Assembly (NCBI GenBank): GCA_950097015.1
Contig: CATNEN010000001.1
Coordinates: 1,426,001-1,490,000, forward strand
Reading direction: 5' to 3'
Length of the DNA: 64,000 nt
Source: Macrostomum hystrix
Lineage: Eukaryota > Animalia > Platyhelminthes
Below, piece after piece: positions 62,815-64,000 of the stretch (position 1 is the stretch's first letter; every line of letters begins with the position of its first letter). The notes beneath the pieces were generated by a model. That model was not told the DNA's origin. It searched no databases and was given only the letters and a program-made list of their open reading frames with translations. Both the position numbers and the translations under genes were made by a program.

Positions 62815-63200
62815 TTAAGGTAGAATGGGGATCTGGGAAGAATGGGAATTTAAGGTGGAGTAGGGATCTGGGAAGAATGGGAATTTAGAGTAGAATGGGG
62901 ATCTGGGAAGAATGGGAATTTAAGGTGGAGTAGGGATATGGGAAGAATGGGAATTTAAGGTGGAATAGGGATTTGGGAAGAATGGGAAGTTAAGGTGGAA
63001 TAGGGATTTGGGAAGAATGGGAAGTTAAGGTGGAATAGGGATTTGGGAAGAATGGGAAGTTAAGGTGGAATAGGGATTTGGGAAGAATGGGAAGTTAAGG
63101 TGGAATAGGGATTTGGGAAGAATGGGAATTTAAGGTGGAATAGGGATTTGGGAAGATTGGGAATTGAAGGTAGAATGGGGATCTTGGAAGAATGGGAATT
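62815..63200. repeat. 35-bp minisatellite (GGGATTTGGGAAGAATGGGAATTTAAGGTGGAATA)
   Basis: About 11 units. Confidence 0.94.
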
Positions 63201-63759
63201 CACATGGGGATTCGGGAAGATGGTTAATTTGAATATAATTTTTGGGATAAAATTAGGGAATAACTGTTGTATAAATATTATCCTCAGTTTAGATCCCATT
63301 CAAAAGAAAAATGTTTTACTTTAAATTGTAGAGCAATTATTTAAATTTTCTTTGTACACATTAAAACAGGGCTAGGCAAGCAGTAGGAAACACGAGAGGC
63401 CACGCAAAGGTAGGTGCAATTTTTAGACAACGAATATTCAATGAAGGATACATTTGGCGCTGACTGCACCTCTAGTAGCGCTGGTGACACTGACAAGGCT
63501 TTGTGGGGCTGGCTGATTTAGAAGGAATAAAAATGATGTTAATATTATTAACAATAACGCATTGAATCTCTCATTCAATGGGGATGGGTAACTTGAGGAT
63601 GAATTCTTATTGCACAAAAAGTGTTTCAGGGAGTACACGAACGAATGAAACAATTAATAGACAGTTGTCAATTGGTTTATGAGTAAATCATTCGCATCTT
63701 TGATTTAGCTGGACTCACTTCCTCTGGCTGTGCTTCTAGAAGGATAATTGATCACTTAG

Positions 63760-64000
63760 TAGGAGGGCGGAAACTGTGGGGTTTCAGCCTGAAAGGGGCG
63801 GAAACTGTAAGGCATCAGACTGTAAGAGGGGCGGAAGCTGTAAGGCATCAGACTGTAAGAGGGGCGGAAACTGTAAGGCATCAGACTGAAAGAGGGGCGG
63901 AAGCTGTAAGGCATCAGACTGTAAGAGGGGCGGAAGCTGTAAGGCATCAGACTGTAAGAGGGGCGGAAGATGTAAGGCATCAGCCTGTAAGAGGGGCGGA
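63760..64000. repeat. 33-bp minisatellite (GAGGGGCGGAAGCTGTAAGGCATCAGACTGTAA), running off the window end
   Basis: Tandem units read directly. Confidence 0.93.

Overview
Eukaryotic (animal) genomic DNA with spliceosomal GT-AG introns. The poly-Q/poly-A-rich exons and minisatellite-filled introns resemble the flatworm Macrostomum, but that is an inference from style only. Nine protein-coding loci were reconstructed by hand, and every multi-exon model sums to a multiple of 3: the 3' end of SPEN/SHARP (SPOC domain), an orphan ORF, steroid 5-alpha-reductase (SRD5A), PAPS synthase, a 3-beta-hydroxysteroid dehydrogenase, a GT31 brainiac-like glycosyltransferase, dynein light chain roadblock, an uncharacterised 9-exon gene and a divergent p38 MAPK. 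About 40% of the window is more than 30 different micro/minisatellite arrays, and these generate most of the long ORFs in the track. There are also two copies of a hAT/Charlie-type MITE carrying a 16-bp minisatellite, and two tRNA-derived SINE-like fragments. Main leads: (1) four adjacent non-homologous enzyme genes (SRD5A, PAPSS, 3bHSD, GT31) that could form a sterol-modification cluster; (2) a MITE acting as carrier of an expandable minisatellite; (3) an uncharacterised gene with an RFX X-box and forkhead sites, head-to-head with roadblock; (4) a p38 lacking the acidic CD docking patch. No prokaryotic features or CRISPR arrays.
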